Positions 13,341-28,486 are shown, counted from the first letter of the stretch. The stretch: 64,000 bases of DNA from Octopus vulgaris (GCA_951406725.2 OX597816.1:87792001-87856000); one strand, 5' to 3'. Notes: a model not told the origin generated them from the letters alone. Made by a program: numbers and translations.

Positions 13341-13384
<44 letters not shown>

Positions 13385-13932
13385 GGGCAGTAATGCATGC
13401 ATATTTAGTAATTGCATTTTACTGAGCTTCAGTACTTTATCATAAATTATAAGCACATATATACGCAAACACATGAACATGTTGCATTTTACAAACATAT
13501 GCACATGCATAAGTGCACATACAAATACACATATATACACACACACACAGAGCCTTAGTCATTCATTAAGTCATAATTCAACACTCTTTTGTCATTTAAT
13601 TTTCTCATCATTTGTTAATGTTATTGTTGCTGCTGTTACTACTGCTAAATAGGAGTTAATGATACAGAATTTGTGATTGAAAAAAAGTGAAAGAGAGGGA
13701 CAAGACAAAAGACAAAATATTGTGGAAGGAAAATGGATTGTTTTAATATAGTTTTGCTATATATACATATGTGTGCGTGTGTGTGTGTGTGAGAGAGAGA
13801 GAGTGAAAGAGAGAGAATGAGGGAGAGTTAGTGTGTATGTATTATATTTCTTTTCTGGGAGATTTCTTCATTCATATTTTGATCAATGTTGTGAGACATA
13901 TCTCATTTTTATCTACCTATCTATATGTATGC

Positions 13933-13963
<31 letters not shown>

Positions 13964-14618
13964 AATACATATATATACATATATATTTGTGCATATATAC
14001 ATATACATAGATTTATATGCATATATGTGTGTGTCTCTCTATATAGATGTATATGTATATATGCATGGAAATGTGTGTGTGTGAGCATACAGATATATAT
14101 TTGCATATACATGTTTTCTGCATATGTATGTGCATTTGCTTATACACACACACATGTATAGTCATGTGTATAAACATAAATACATATAACTATATTCTAT
14201 ACATACTTATGTATGTACATATGTATATGTGTGTGTTTGTGTATAAGTATATAAATATGTGCACATGTATATGGCTATTATACCTATGTATATAAACCTA
14301 TACACATACGAATACACATGCATATATGTGTATATAGATATGTTTATATGTATGTACATATTTGTATATGTATATACACACATTTGTATATATTTTTATA
14401 TGTACACACACATATATATATATACTTATATTTATATACATATACACATTATGCATATATATATACATATTTAAATATATGTAAAGATATGTATGTATAT
14501 ATATCATTTATTTATAAATATGTATATATATTTTTTTAGTTTTACACCTGCTTGGTGTATGTTTTTTGTGAATGTATATGTGTGTGTGTATGTATATATA
14601 ATATATTATATATATATT

Positions 14619-14652
<34 letters not shown>

Positions 14653-15074
14653 CATACATATACATACACCTTATTTTTAAAATCTACCATTTTTTCCCTT
14701 CTATCTGGTTTGATCACAACATTCCAATGAATTTTTGCTAAATGGACAGAAGAATATAAATAAATGACAAAAAATAAATGATTAAAAAAATGAACAGCAA
14801 TGAAGAAATGGAAAGTATTTGAGGACAGTAAGAAAGAAAATTTATAATAATGCAGGAAATAGAAAAGGAAGAAGGCTTGATAAACTTAAAGAATTATATC
14901 TTTGAAAAGTAAGAAATAAAAAGAAAAAAAGATTCTGTGAAAAAAAAAAATACCGAAATGCAAAAACATTTCTTGCATGTTCCCCTGTTCTTGAAACCTG
15001 TACAGTAACTCTTTTTAAAAGAAGTCATCCAAAAGAAAAGGGAATTTTTTTTTTTCCATTTTATGTTTTTCAAC

Positions 15075-15105
<31 letters not shown>

Positions 15106-18100
15106 AATATGTATATATGTGTGTATATACATATATACTTTGTTCCTTGAAAATCACCCCTCCTCCCCCCTCAAAAGAGAAACAAAAATAACCCCAAAAG
15201 ATCAATAGAAGAACATTCTATTCTGTGAAACATTAACAAAAACCCTCCTTCCATCAAATATATTTCACAAATGCTCCCCCCTCTATCCACTACCCAATGC
15301 TTCTCCTTCCTTCCCCTCTAATATTTTTTTTAGTAAAATATATTATGTAAATTTTCCCACCTTCCTTTCTTCCTGTCAAACATATACAATATACAAACTC
15401 AATCCCAACCAAGACTTAATACAAGTGACCCCATCCCCGTTTTTTGTAAATTCCGTTTTTCCCCCTTTAATGAAATACCCTTCCACATTCAAAAATAAAA
15501 CAACTCCCAAGTCAAACGATTACAACTTTCTCATTTATGAGAATGATTCTTCTTTCGTCTACCGATTCTGGAAGAAATGTTTAATTTTGACCATTTTTAG
15601 GGCGATACATATTGCCAGTTTTAATTAAATTCTTGTTATAAATTCGTTTTATTTTGTTCTTTTATCTCTTCATTGTTTTACCTACATGCAATCACGTGAT
15701 ACATGAGTACAAAAATATCAATCTGTCTATCTATCCATACACATATGTGCATTTGTGTTTATATAACCAGGTGGGGAAAGCTAAGGGAATCATTACCTCT
15801 GCTGACAGCAAAGGTATTCTCTCACTATGTGAAGGGTAGATTATTTGATGCCTATGTATGAGTTGTGATGATGTATTGAATTAGGAGAATGTGCGAAGGC
15901 TGGAAAGTAATGTGTGATGTTAATGTGATTGAATAATTGCATGCAAATGAACTTTGAGAAAATGTGTTATAAAAGGAATCGGATGTGGAGTGAAAGAAAA
16001 AAAGGCTATGCTGGTATGGGCATGTGATAGCAGTAAACAGAAAGCTGTTCACTTTGGATGAGGGTGAGATCTGAACATAGACGCTACTACAGATGTCACC
16101 ATTCTTGCTTCATTATTGCAACTGAAAGAAGTACTAAGTCATTCAAGTGGAAGGAACTTGTGAAAGAGAAAGATATGGGATAAAGATGAATGGACTGAGA
16201 CTCAAGAAGGAGTTTGACACTGGATTGTAAAATTATTATGTGGTGAAGCAGGACTGTGCTGTGAGAAATAGACCTATAAAATAATGATTATGTATTATTG
16301 ATGACTTAGTGTAGATTTAAAATACTAGTTTTTGTTGTTTTTTTCTTCTGCTAATTAACTTTTAATCCCTGATATGTAACTTGGGCAGAAACTACATTTC
16401 TACGTATAAGAGCAGATTTTTAAAGCATTCCCTTGGCCATTTTGAACTTCAGCCATTCTATGTGGTATGAAACTTATGATCCGACCACCATCATCATTCA
16501 ACATCGGTTTTCCATGCTGACATGGGTTGGACGGTTTGACAGGGAGCTGTACCAGGTTCCATTTTACTGAGTGTCCTGGGTGCTTGTTATGTGTTACCAT
16601 CACCAGTGCTTTTTACTTGGTATCAGCCAGGTCACCAAGTACTTTGCACGACAAAAAAAACCCTCAACTGAGGAAGGGAAGTAGTATTGAGGGAATATGA
16701 GTATGTGCCAGTTGAGAAATTTAAGGTATAGAGGGTGCAGATCTAGGTGTCTTGCTGTAGAGGAGATACGTGGATATCCCAGTCGGAAAACAGTGATTTA
16801 GAGAGTGATAGTGAAAAAGATGATGGCGAAGATATGTTGGGACATACACTCGAAGCACATTAGGGTGGTAGTGAAACTAGGTGAGGCTCTTGAGTTGGGT
16901 GGGTGGACTTGATGCAGTGATCACAGCAAATAATGAAGAGAAATACAGGATGAAGGTTGTGATAGATATGTGAGGACATTGAGGATGATATCAGGTAAAT
17001 GAGGTGTTGATGATGGAGAGCAGCACAGGGAGTGGGTAGAAGGCGCAGAAATGAGGAGGTCATTGGTGAAGACAGTAGATCGGAGAAAAGGTAATTGAGA
17101 AAGCCAAGGGTGTAGTATGTGCCATCTCTGTTCTCAGGTGTTGTCTTCAATACTGATGTAGCTGATATAACCTTCACTTTTGCTGCCAGACATTCCTACA
17201 TTCTTGGTATCTCCACTTATAGTTTAGCATATTTTTTGTTCTTTGCGGTATTTTTATCTAAAGGAATTGCAACGTCTATTGTGATGCATTCTCTTTTCCA
17301 AGTCATGTATAGTATTTGGGCTATGCTGTTCAATTAGTCTGGATGTCAAAATCCCATAGAATATTTGATTTACTATGTACAGTTAGAGTCGCTTCTGCTA
17401 CATGATCGTACTACTTATAAGAAGTATTCTGTCCACTTTTATTTTTATTCATTTATTCTTTTTTTTTTTTAAGTGACCACTGTCTGTCGTTGGCTTATTA
17501 AAAATAGAAAGCAAACGGAAAGCAATCGTAAGGAACAAAGAGCGAATTAAGTCATCGCCTAGGTGAAAGTGCTGAGTGAAAAGAGAATAAATTGCATGGA
17601 AATAAACGAAATTAACTTGAAAGTGTATGGTATGAACAATATAAATGATGATGAGATTGGCAATATACATTTGATGGAATTGTTATTAAATGCAGAAATG
17701 GGCCAAGGGGTCAGACGAAATCTATCCCAGAAAGGTCAAGCAGAAATGGCGAACACTTACGTCACTTCTGTCATATATTACCGCCTGACTGTTGTACATT
17801 GCCCCAGTTCACGTCTTACCTAACTGGAGCGTCCGTTCTTCATTTTTCTGTGGAGGAGATGAATTCCACTGGTCAGTATCACCATTTGTTGTCAACACCC
17901 ACTCAGTAGAGGACTGGACAAAATGTGGCAGATGATCCATAGACATACGCTATTTCCTTGACGGTGAGCAGGTGTGATCGCCGTTTGTCTGACTCACTTT
18001 TCCACAGTTCGTCTATTTGACAAAGTCACAGTTTTGGATCCAATATAGACCAAGAGAAAGTGTCTGGTATATCGAGTGACTTGGGACGCTCACAGCCCTC

Positions 18101-20431
18101 TGTCAGTCGGGTCATACAAGTAGAAATTTCACCACAGCGTTCTGTGGCGGGCAACAGCGACGATATACTCGAGATCTTTCGAATCATGACTCGTGTTGCA
18201 GCACGAGAAATCCTTGGCCTGGCAGTACTACTGGGAGATGGGCATTGCCGATTCGAGTTAAATTTGTAGCAAATTAGTTGAAAATTGTAAATGGCAAGGA
18301 CGGTTCAAGTGAACAGACTTGCTCTGAGTGAGTGCCTGTTGATTTAGGAATGAAAATAGGAATAGGGCAATTGCCCTGGAGTTTAGTGTGTGTGTGGTTT
18401 GGTGGTGGTGGGAGTTCCACGAACAACCCCGTGAGGAGTTCATACATCACTTTGGTGGTGGTGGTGATGGTAGGTGGAATTATTTCTTGTTTGAACTTTT
18501 GTTTGTTATCACACTTTTATGTAACCTCACGTTATAAACATCCTGTACTATTCTCGATCTTTCTGTGAACCCTCAATGATCAATAAAGAAAACATTATTA
18601 CATGGGGAAACAAGGTGGCAGAATTGTTAGGGCGTGGAACAATGTCTTAGAGTAGTTCTTGCGGTTCAAATCTTGCCGAGGCGAGCGTCGTCTCCCATCC
18701 ACTCGGTGTCGACAATATAAAGTACCAGTCAAGTACTGGAGTCAATGGCATCGACTAATTCCTTCTCAAAATTGCTGGCCTTGCGCCTAAATTAGAAGCA
18801 ATTATTTTAGGGCGGTGAATTGACAGAATTACTGGAGCGTCGGATAAAATGCCTTGCCATATTTGATTTTGGCATTTGATTATGAATAAATTACAAACAA
18901 TTATTATATTCTACAAATTAAAGATTCGTTACAATATTTGGTTTCACCAGAAACGATATTTTAAAAAAAATGTAAGTTCGCAAAATATCGCAAAGAACAC
19001 ATGTCCTTGAACATAAAACCCTCTAACGATAAAGATCTAAACAGTTTGATATACGTGGAAAAGAAATTTGTACTATCTCCCTGCCCCTGTCTGACTGTGG
19101 AAGCACTCCGTCGGTTACGACGATGAGGGTTCCGGTTGATCCGAATCCTGTCTGACTATATATGTATCTCACACACTCTCTCTCTCTCCCTCTCATATAT
19201 ACGTGTGTGTATGTGTATCTCTTATCGGCCTATAGCAGTACCATGTTTTTTTTCTACAAGTATTTGTTTAGGGTCCACAATAGAGCAAGCAGTCTTAATA
19301 TTAATTCGTGTAACACGAATAACGATTACTACCGTCACAACATTAAAATGTAGTTAGTTATTTACTATTAGCTGTCTTTCTTTTTATTTTTCCTTTTTTT
19401 ATGCTAGTGTGAGAAGTATTTTTCGGTTTGTAAATATTTATACTTATTTTCGTTATTATTTATACTCTTTAATGCTAGCACTTTATACTTCAACTCTAAA
19501 TGGGATTTAGATGAGTTTTCAGCGGCAAAATTGTTTACAAATACTTCTGCTAACTTCCGATTGAAGTCGAGTTCTAACAAACCCCTAATTACATAGTTTC
19601 ACTATTGATTAGCGATCGACCAAGAACGATGGTCGAATTAAATCTATAAATCTATAACGAAGGGCGTAAAAATTGCAGTGCCGAAACTTGTCTTTTCTCC
19701 AGCAAGACCATAGACCCTGCGTAGTTTGTTTCTCTGTTCGCTTACGGCAAGGTGTGAACTAGAGCAGGAGAGCAAGAAAGGGGGGTAGATATAGAAGAAT
19801 GGGTTGCTAGATGTCGGTTGTTGGTATGGAGATTGACTAGGAAAAGTAGCATTAGTGATGTAATTGGGAAGGGAAAATGATGGGATAGCGATAGAGAGGT
19901 GAAAGAGTATAATAGAAGTGGGATGGAGTGAGTATTATGCGAGAACGATAGAAAGAGAGAGAGAGAGGGATAGCGATGAATAGCAATATTGATGTGTGAT
20001 AGTAAGGGTAGCTGATGAACAATACTGATTAGGGAATGCAACAGAGAGACAGATGTTAATGAATAACAAAAAAAAAAGTAACGAGACAGAGAGAAGCTAG
20101 CAATAATGAATATATCCAGATCTGATATCAACCCTCATTATACAGGTGGCGTGATGGTAAAGTGGTAGGGTCATAAAAGGGTAATAGTGATTTGGGAAGT
20201 TAAATGCGAGTACATCTAGATTCCAACCACTATTAGTACTATTTTTACACCCGTTTTGCTATTCTTGATTGAATGGGTAGCACTTCTCCAACACCGCAGA
20301 TCGCCGCTTTTGGTTCTTCGTCATCTCCATCGCGAGGTTCAGATTCATGAGATAAGTTTTCGTCATTCCATTCTCTATCTTCCTGTGTCCCCTTCTATTA
20401 CAGGTACCATCCACTTGAAGCTCACCGACAA

Positions 20432-21846
20432 TTTAGGTGCAAAAATAATGACGGTTTTTATTTTAAAATTTGATGCTTATTTTGGAATAAACTTTCATTT
20501 AACTATGTTCATGTAACACACCATTTTGAAGTGCAGATTTTTTTTTATTGATTTGTGGTAATAGTTTTGCATTTACTGTTTCTTCTTGTTTATTTTAAGC
20601 TGTCAATAAAAAGCGAAGAAGAAAAACCCCAGTAAATTTGAGCGATTGTATTGTACGAGTTCAAAATGGAACTTAAAACGGTAGAAACTGGTTGCAATAT
20701 CATCCAAACGTCTAGTCAAAGGAACGTCAAGAAAAGTGCAGCCCAGTATTGGTTCCACAGAGTAAAGACGCGAGCCTCGAGGAAAGTCGTGGCTGACCTT
20801 CAATCACTTGAAAGCCAGTGCTGAAATGAGCCACGTAAAAAAAAAAAAAAAAAACGCGAGAAATTGTAAAGGAACTAAACGGTAACCATTCAATAATTGT
20901 TCGACATTTGTACCACAGAGGATGTTATAGAAAAATGGTGTCACATGAGCTGAACGGAAATCTTTTAAAATCGCCATTAAGAAGTTTGCTCTGAACTTCT
21001 TTTGCATATCAAAAGCCATCTATTTCTCGATCTTAATATAAAGTGTGACAAAAATGGAAGTCTATACGGTAGCTATCAACATTCCGCACATTGTCGGGAT
21101 TGAGCTGAAGCTACCCATTACATTCTCAAACAGAAGCCACATTAAAAAGATATATATTTCTTTATTGCCCACAAGGGGCTAAACATAGAGGGGACAGACA
21201 AAGGGATTGAGTCGATTACATCGACCCCGGTGCGTAAATGGTACTTTATTTATCGATCCCTAAAGGATGAAAGACAAAGTCGACCTCGGCGGAATTTGAG
21301 CTCAGAACGTAACGGCAGACGAAATACCGCTAAGCATTTCGCCCGGCGTGCTAACGTTTCTGCCAGCTCGCCGCCTTCAACATTAAAAGTATATAGTCAT
21401 GGTTTGGTTGTCGCTAAGTGGAATCATCTAACACTATTTCTTGAATTTTGATGAAAAAAAAAATGCAGCTGAGACGTATGATGAAGATCCGATAAAATAC
21501 ATCAAAAGTTCAACGTTTACATCCAGCATTGGCTAAATGGAAAGGACCAATTCTTCGTCATGACAAACACCAGACCCCATGACCCACAAATGACTGCAGA
21601 AATTAAATGAAATGGACTACAAAATTTGGTACAGGACTTCAACAACTAGGAAATAACTCAAAATACCATAGAGTAATCCGTCAAAATCAGGATTCTATAA
21701 TTCTGTGCCATCAGAAAAACGAACATGCTGCTTCTTGTCAGAAATGTGTAGATTCTAATGGCTATGCTTTTCTGTTAATAAAGTTTATCAGCTGAGATAT
21801 ATTCTTTTATAGCTGATAGAAACTTGCAATTACTTTTCCCACCTAC
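20432..21846 (+). mobile_element. Decayed mariner transposon (Hsmar1/cecropia-like), interrupted by a SINE
   Basis: Terminal inverted repeats taggtgcaaaaataatgac (about 20434) / gcaattacttttcccaccta (about 21846). Broken peptide motifs YEFKMELKTVETGCNI, FLD..CD..W, PILRHD..RPH and QKCVDSNGYAF. No intact ORF. Confidence 0.8.
21155..21377 (-). mobile_element. Full-length family A SINE with imperfect target-site duplication
   Basis: Complete consensus-like copy with A and B boxes, flanked by acattaaaaagatatata (21139) and acattaaaagtatatag (21380). Confidence 0.9.
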
Positions 21847-21869
21847 CGGATGAAACTGTTCCTACACAT

Positions 21870-22400
21870 AATATTCATCACATGTTTGTAGCAGTACAGT
21901 TTTACTTCTTACATATTACATTTGATTCCATTACATGCAGCTTCTCTCTCAGCTCATTTATGATTCGTCCCTCGTACACACTAACATTACACATCCATTG
22001 GAGTATGCGCGTTTTATTCTTTCTAGTCGTGGCAAAACTAACGGCATTCAAACCCTATATTTTCCTTATCGTGCAATATCTCACTTCGTTTACAAACGCC
22101 GTGCAATCCGTCTTTTACTCTGAGAGAAAACCCCTTTGTTGCCAGCAGAAGATATATGTACCCTGAACTTTTTCCACCCCGTTCTTTAATCTGATTTTAA
22201 ATCACTATGCTTTTAAATCACCCATCTCCACTGTCAAGTATATGACCTAGGTAACAAAAGCCACCAACTACTTCTAGACGCCATCCGAATATTTGAAAGA
22301 ATCTATTTCAGGTGAACTCTTACCACTAACTGCTCCTGTACATCCATCATATACGAAGCCTACCTTCTCTTTTATCTGTTTTTGATCCCGCTACACCTCT
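21870..22400 (-). mobile_element. Decayed RTE-like LINE fragment
   Basis: Minus-strand remnant LQWMCNVSVYEGRIINELREKL resembles the RTE post-RT region; a related RLxWYGHV-type remnant lies at about 15890-16030 (+). Confidence 0.5.
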
Positions 22401-22971
22401 TAAGCGCTTCTATAGTTTACAGAGAATATATCGCATGAAATATCTATTCCCACCCACACACATTTCTTTTGGCTTGTCGTACATGGCTATTTTTCTACAG
22501 ACAGCAGAATCTTGCCTTATATATAGAACTTTGCTTCTTCGCAACATTTCAACTACTAAAAGAGGAAATATTCAAGATATAACTCTCTAAAATAAAGGGA
22601 GCGCCTGGAATATTTTTGAGTGACTGGGGTAAAATTTTGGCATCAAAAACTAAATATATCTTCGATGTGGAGCTGCGCTCATATTACAAATATTTCCTCA
22701 TGTTGTCCCGAGCGTGTTAGAACATATTTCATTATCTTAAGGCTTAAATGATTTTTCAGTATCCCAACATAAAACAGACGTGAATATCAAAAATTTCAAA
22801 CAATTACCGTGTAGGTTCTTTGGGAAAATGATGCACTTGGGGACTGGGGTATCAAACTCTTTCATTGTTCAATAATTAAAATATACTTTAAAGGCTTGAG
22901 ATATCCCTGGTAGTACCCCAGCATTGGCCACATGCCACTGGCTAAAGCAGTAAAAGAAAGCGGGTGTGGAC

Positions 22972-23022
<51 letters not shown>

Positions 23023-23585
23023 GTGTGTACGAGTGTATGTATAATATATATGTGTGTGTATCTTTTATCTTTTACTTGTTTCAGTCATTAGACTGCGGCC
23101 ATGCAGGAGCACCGCTAAGTTATGGAGCCGTAAATGCTGGAGCTTTCTACTAAGTTATGGAGACGTAAGTATGCCGACACCGGTTGTTAAGTGGTAGTGG
23201 GGGACAAACACACACACACGTATGTATATATAAGAAAAGGCATAAGTAATGGACTTTACATATTTATTTGTGCGTCGATCTATTGAGTAAATTGAACTAT
23301 GAACCCACCAACGATGTATATCTGAAGCAGCTGTAGATCTATGCACAAATAAATAAGTATGTATACCTTTTCTTGTATATCACTCTGTGAGAAATACCAT
23401 ATTAACTGGCAAATGCATCCACGGATTTACAAAGTCAATTGATGATGGATTTCAGCTTCGGATCTTGTCTGAAGATTTCCTGGAGTTTTATACCAAACTG
23501 ATAATCTTTTGTTAGCTTGGTATATCTATATTAACAGAGAGCACGAGAAGTATTTTGCCCCAGATTGATAATCCCTTATTAATAA

Positions 23586-23637
<52 letters not shown>

Positions 23638-24379
23638 CATGTGTGTGTGAAACGTTTTATCTATCCGCCTACCTACCTATCCACTTATACAGATACAAAC
23701 ACACATACACCACACATGTTCTTATCCAAAATACGAAAGTGCTTAATATTCACAGATGTTAGAAGAGTGCTGAGTCAGTTTCATGCGTACTACGTGTAAG
23801 CTAAACAAGGTTACAGTCATACATCTACAGGTTTAGATTAATAAGTCCTAATGCTGGCTGTCTTTAAGAGCGGATTGAGAAGAAATAACGTATGACGCTG
23901 AATAGATCGAATTTCACTTGACATTTTTAGATGGTCACATGTACTTTTACGTCAAGTTCCATCATTTTACATAAAAAGACTGACTTAACGTTTATGTGAT
24001 GGACGGCATTATTAGTTATTAATTTCATTTTTTCTTGTGTGTATGCTTGAGATTAAATGGCAACTCGACAAAATGTTGAATTTATCCTTATGACAAAAAC
24101 CACTATTCTTAAATATTCACGCTTTTGTTCTGCGTTGAGCCAGTTATTCATATTTTGGACTCCAAATATATTTGAAGATTGCTGTGGTGTTTTCTGGGTA
24201 CCAGAATGGAGTGAATTCATGATTTGGTGCATGATATTTTAAAAAGATTGCTCAGGGAGGCCTATGTAACTAAATGAATTGTAGAAACGTAAGCACAATA
24301 ATGCTTTTTTCTCTAGCCATTTATCCAAATGTGAACATAGATGGATTTTTAAGGTGACGCCTTTTCACCCTTTACTTTT

Positions 24380-25800
24380 TGTCATCACTCTTTTACGAAT
24401 ATCATCGGCATCGATAAAGGTGAAAATGGGATGCAGGTTATAGAAAAATAAAAAAATGATCTTAACACGTTCATACCAGGTGTCGTTTATGGACGATTTG
24501 AAATTCTTTACAACGTTTAAAACACTACTAGAAAAAAGTTATGGAATTTAGTGTTTCAAAATATGCAGTAGTTAATAAGGAACAAGGGAAGAGGTACCGT
24601 GCAGTTGATATTGAATTATTAACTAAACGATTGGATGACTCAAGTAATGATGGTTACAAGTGCCTAGGAATTTTAGCGCTAGGTGATATATTGCACGATG
24701 CAATAAAAAAATGTAGAAATACCTATCCGTAGAGACTAAAAGAACTCCAAGCTTCTTACGTAGAATTTGATTCTTAACTGTGAGCATTTGAACTATGATA
24801 CGGTACATTGCCAACATCCTTAAGTGGATCAAGACCACAGAACAGAACAAAACAACTTATGTCAATGAAGTTATACCAAAAACAAATTTGAATGAGCTAT
24901 ACTCAAAACACAGAGCTGGAGAAAGTGTGGCAATATGTCGAGAATGAGAGGCGAACCATTATAAATAATGAGCAACATTTTACAAAAATGGGGTGAAAAA
25001 AGGAAAGACAGGATGTAATAGTTTAAATGGTATGATTCTATGGGGGAAAGAGTGACATTATCTGGGGTCATTATATGGCCAATATGAAGACAAACATCTG
25101 GGTTACAGACGGAAATGCTTTTTTTCATTGCATTTCTTCACTGATTTAAAGAGGGAAATTGAAGCACTGCTGATATCTGTTCAAGATTATGCTTTTGTTT
25201 ACTAAACCGGCGATTTGGTGGAAGTGAGAAATACCGAATTTGTGGAATTGGTGCGCAAAACGTCACCCTCATAGAAAGACCGTGCACAATGCTAGCTCAA
25301 AAGGTATGGATGACAGATGTCTGGTAAGTGGTACCAGCATTTTCCAGAAACACGTCTTGTTGACTTGATGACAGAGACAAACCTATAATATGTTAGACTG
25401 CACTTTTCAAACAGATCACAGGCTTGAATAAAACAGAGCTGACATTGAGTTCCGAGCAGGAATAGATGTGGATATTATAATATTGATGTTATCATTTGAG
25501 AAGCCAAAACATAAATTTGAAAGAAACTAGGGAAAAAAGTAACACCTAGATTGACTTGGAAATCTAAATTGTGCGAATTTGGTCAGTACTACATAACAAT
25601 ATCAAAATAATCTCTTTTGAATAGCTTTAGGCTCAGTATTCTTGAAGGCAAAAAGGTATCTTGAGTAAACAGATTTCGGAAAATGAATTATTCTTCTTCA
25701 TATATTTGCTTTGTCGGCCAATGCACAAATACTCAGAAAAGTTGTCTAAGGTCCTTGTTTAGACTCAACAGGAAACAGAAGATCCCGTAGTCATCATAAG
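24380..25800 (+). mobile_element. Highly decayed Dong/R4-type LINE
   Basis: Ordered remnants FMDDLKF (about 24487), MEFSVSKYAVV, YKCLGI and EIEALLISVQD (about 25155) match the order of motifs in the 35.5 kb and 45.1 kb elements. Confidence 0.65.
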
Positions 25801-27442
25801 TACTATGCAAATCATAGAAATTATAATTGCATGTCTACAATAAATTCAAGGCCAATAACTCAGTATCGATTATATTGACACAAGTACGGGACTGTTAATT
25901 ACTTTTATCAATAATAGAAAGGCAAAAGGTGAAGATGACCCCGGCGGAATCTGAATTCAGAAGCTGAAAAACGCAAAACACTTTTTCCGATGTACTAGTC
26001 AACTACCACGAATAATAACTAGTGGACAGGTGGAAATTCCACGGTGTAAGCCAGCAAATATGAAAACGTTAATATATTGAACACAAGCAAGGAATTCCCA
26101 AAAATTTTTTTGAAATCCACTCATTTAATCAAAACCGTACTTTAATCGAATATAATTCGCCATCCCAGGCTCAGTCGAAGTTACTTACTAATTGAGATTA
26201 TTTTCATTTCTTTTCATTTCATTTCAGTGCGGCTACTATAGTTTGTAAACCAATTAATATATCTGCATATCTGTTGATATATCGATAAACTTACCTACAT
26301 ACGTTTCTACAACAGGCACAAGACCTGACAAGTTTTTTAGGGTTGGGGAGCTACTCAATTACATCGACCTTAGTGCTCAACTGGTACTTAGTTTATCGAC
26401 TCCGAGAAGAAGAAAGGCAAAGTCAGTCTCGGTGGAGTTTGAACACTGAACGCAAAGACGGACGAAATACTACTAGGTATTTTGTCCGACGTGACAACGA
26501 TTCTGCCAACGATTCTGGTTATAATTGAAATATAGATTGTATGAAAAGAAAACAAGAAAGAAACTAAGTTGCAAATTTACCGAGTGTAGAAGAAACTAAG
26601 AAAAAGAAAGCACTTAAGAGATATAAAAATCAGCTATACTGACTCAGAAAATTGAGTGACAAAACTAAATAAAAGTTAAATTTAAAAGTACATATATTTT
26701 ATTGTTTAGTCAACGAGGTGTGCCCACGCTTCTCGCAGGGCCTCTATTGACATCTGGGGTAAAAATGAAAAGTGATATTGGTTTCGAGTTATTTATAGAT
26801 TCCATAAGAGTATAAATGAAATGGAATAGCTATTACTTGGAGTAAAAGAAAACAGGTTATGAGTGTTATTTTCATTAAAATTTTACTCCAAAAGAACTAC
26901 TTTCTCGGGTCAACAAACTATTGTAAACTTATTTATCAAACAATACTAAATGAAGTATGAGGATTCTTTTCTTCACACAGTATTCAAAATTAATTGTTAA
27001 AATTAGAATATGTTAAAAATATTTGTTTACTTTGAAACTACTGTGGCTAAGAAGATTGTTATTCTTTCTTTAAAACAATAAATTTAGTCTCTCTCGCGCC
27101 TCCCACTTCCTCCGGTCATTCATTCTAAGTTTAAAGAGTTGTTACAAGTATATCGTTGAAGTTGAATTCACACTGTTTACTATATTCATAATCAAAAGAC
27201 ATCCAGTTTCCCCTGGTGGTTTATAATACCAAAGAAAAATTACCACTGGCAAACATGAGGAATAAAAGAATGTAAAGAAAATATGAATACGAAATCGTTT
27301 GTAATTGTCACTCTTGCATTTGTTTATCTTAGATGTAAGTATGCATAAAAAAAATCTTTAAAAATTGGGAAATTTTTGCATGATATTTTAGCATGTTATT
27401 AAAGTAACGGGACACACAAATGAAAATTGTCACCATTATTTC

Positions 27443-27490
<48 letters not shown>

Positions 27491-28454
27491 CAATAATATG
27501 AAACGGAGAAATAATACTATGAACTACGCACTGTAGTTGAACACAGATGTTTTATAGATCTCAAAATTATGTTAAAAATTAGTGAGAAACAAGTCAACTA
27601 TATCGAACTGATGAGAAATCTGTAGTTACGCCATCCGGATTATAACTTTAGATTTCTACCAATAAATACTAGAGCGTTTGCCTAATCAGAAGATTATAGC
27701 TACAAACTATAAAAGGTATTGTCTAAATATATAAAACAGTCAGGAATTTCAGCATGCAAGATCCTAATATGCAATACAATCTATACTTGCGCCCATGCGT
27801 CCACGTGCGCATACAGACATAAAAAAAAAGGATTTAAGATTCTGTTGCCGATATATTCTCCTCCTGGATTGAACGCCAGTCCAAGGCAAGTGTACTCATT
27901 TTTATCAGCTGAGTAACGTGAAATGAAATGAGTTAAGAAAAATAACATTGAGTGGTTTGTTTGCATGTATTTAAATAAATAACATATAAGATTAATCTTT
28001 GATTTATTGAAATTATTTCCTCTTCCAGAGTGACCAACATTTTGGTAGTAATTCGTAATAACTCCAAATGAGAAAGGAAAGTAAGCACGCGCGAGTAAAG
28101 AATACTCCAGTGTTGATTTGCCATTATGGGAAATACAGTCTGATTTACTGAAGACGAGAGAACCGCCGCTGATATTTGATTCCATTTCAATAGATGTCAT
28201 CAGCACAGCAATTATCCCATCGCATTTTCAGCATGAAAATTTGACATATACAAAAATGGCAACATATCTATCACCTTGGTAAGCTGCATAAAGGAAACGA
28301 AAATGTGCTAAGGGAGATAACTAAGAGTGGTCAGTGGAATGTGTTTAAATAACAAAAACTAATAAGGATATATTAAATAACATGGACAATAAATTCTTTT
28401 CACACACACACACATACATACATACATACGTACATACGTACATACATACATACA

Positions 28455-28486
<32 letters not shown>

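Noticed and set aside
17770-18256. GC-richer segments here and at about 49940-50170
   Set aside because: Probably LINE debris, but no diagnostic motif could be read, so they are left unannotated.
19654-19693. aACGAAG-GGC...GCC-GAAAC-TT-GTC hammerhead-like spacing
   Set aside because: CUG is absent and there is no stem I; could be chance.
27608-27656. CTGATGA followed by a 7-bp stem GAAATCT/AGATTTC
   Set aside because: No GAAA or UH follows the stem, so it is at most half a hammerhead.
27781-28206. 141-aa non-repetitive minus-strand ORF
   Set aside because: No recognisable motif or splice context; compatible with a chance ORF or old transposon debris.
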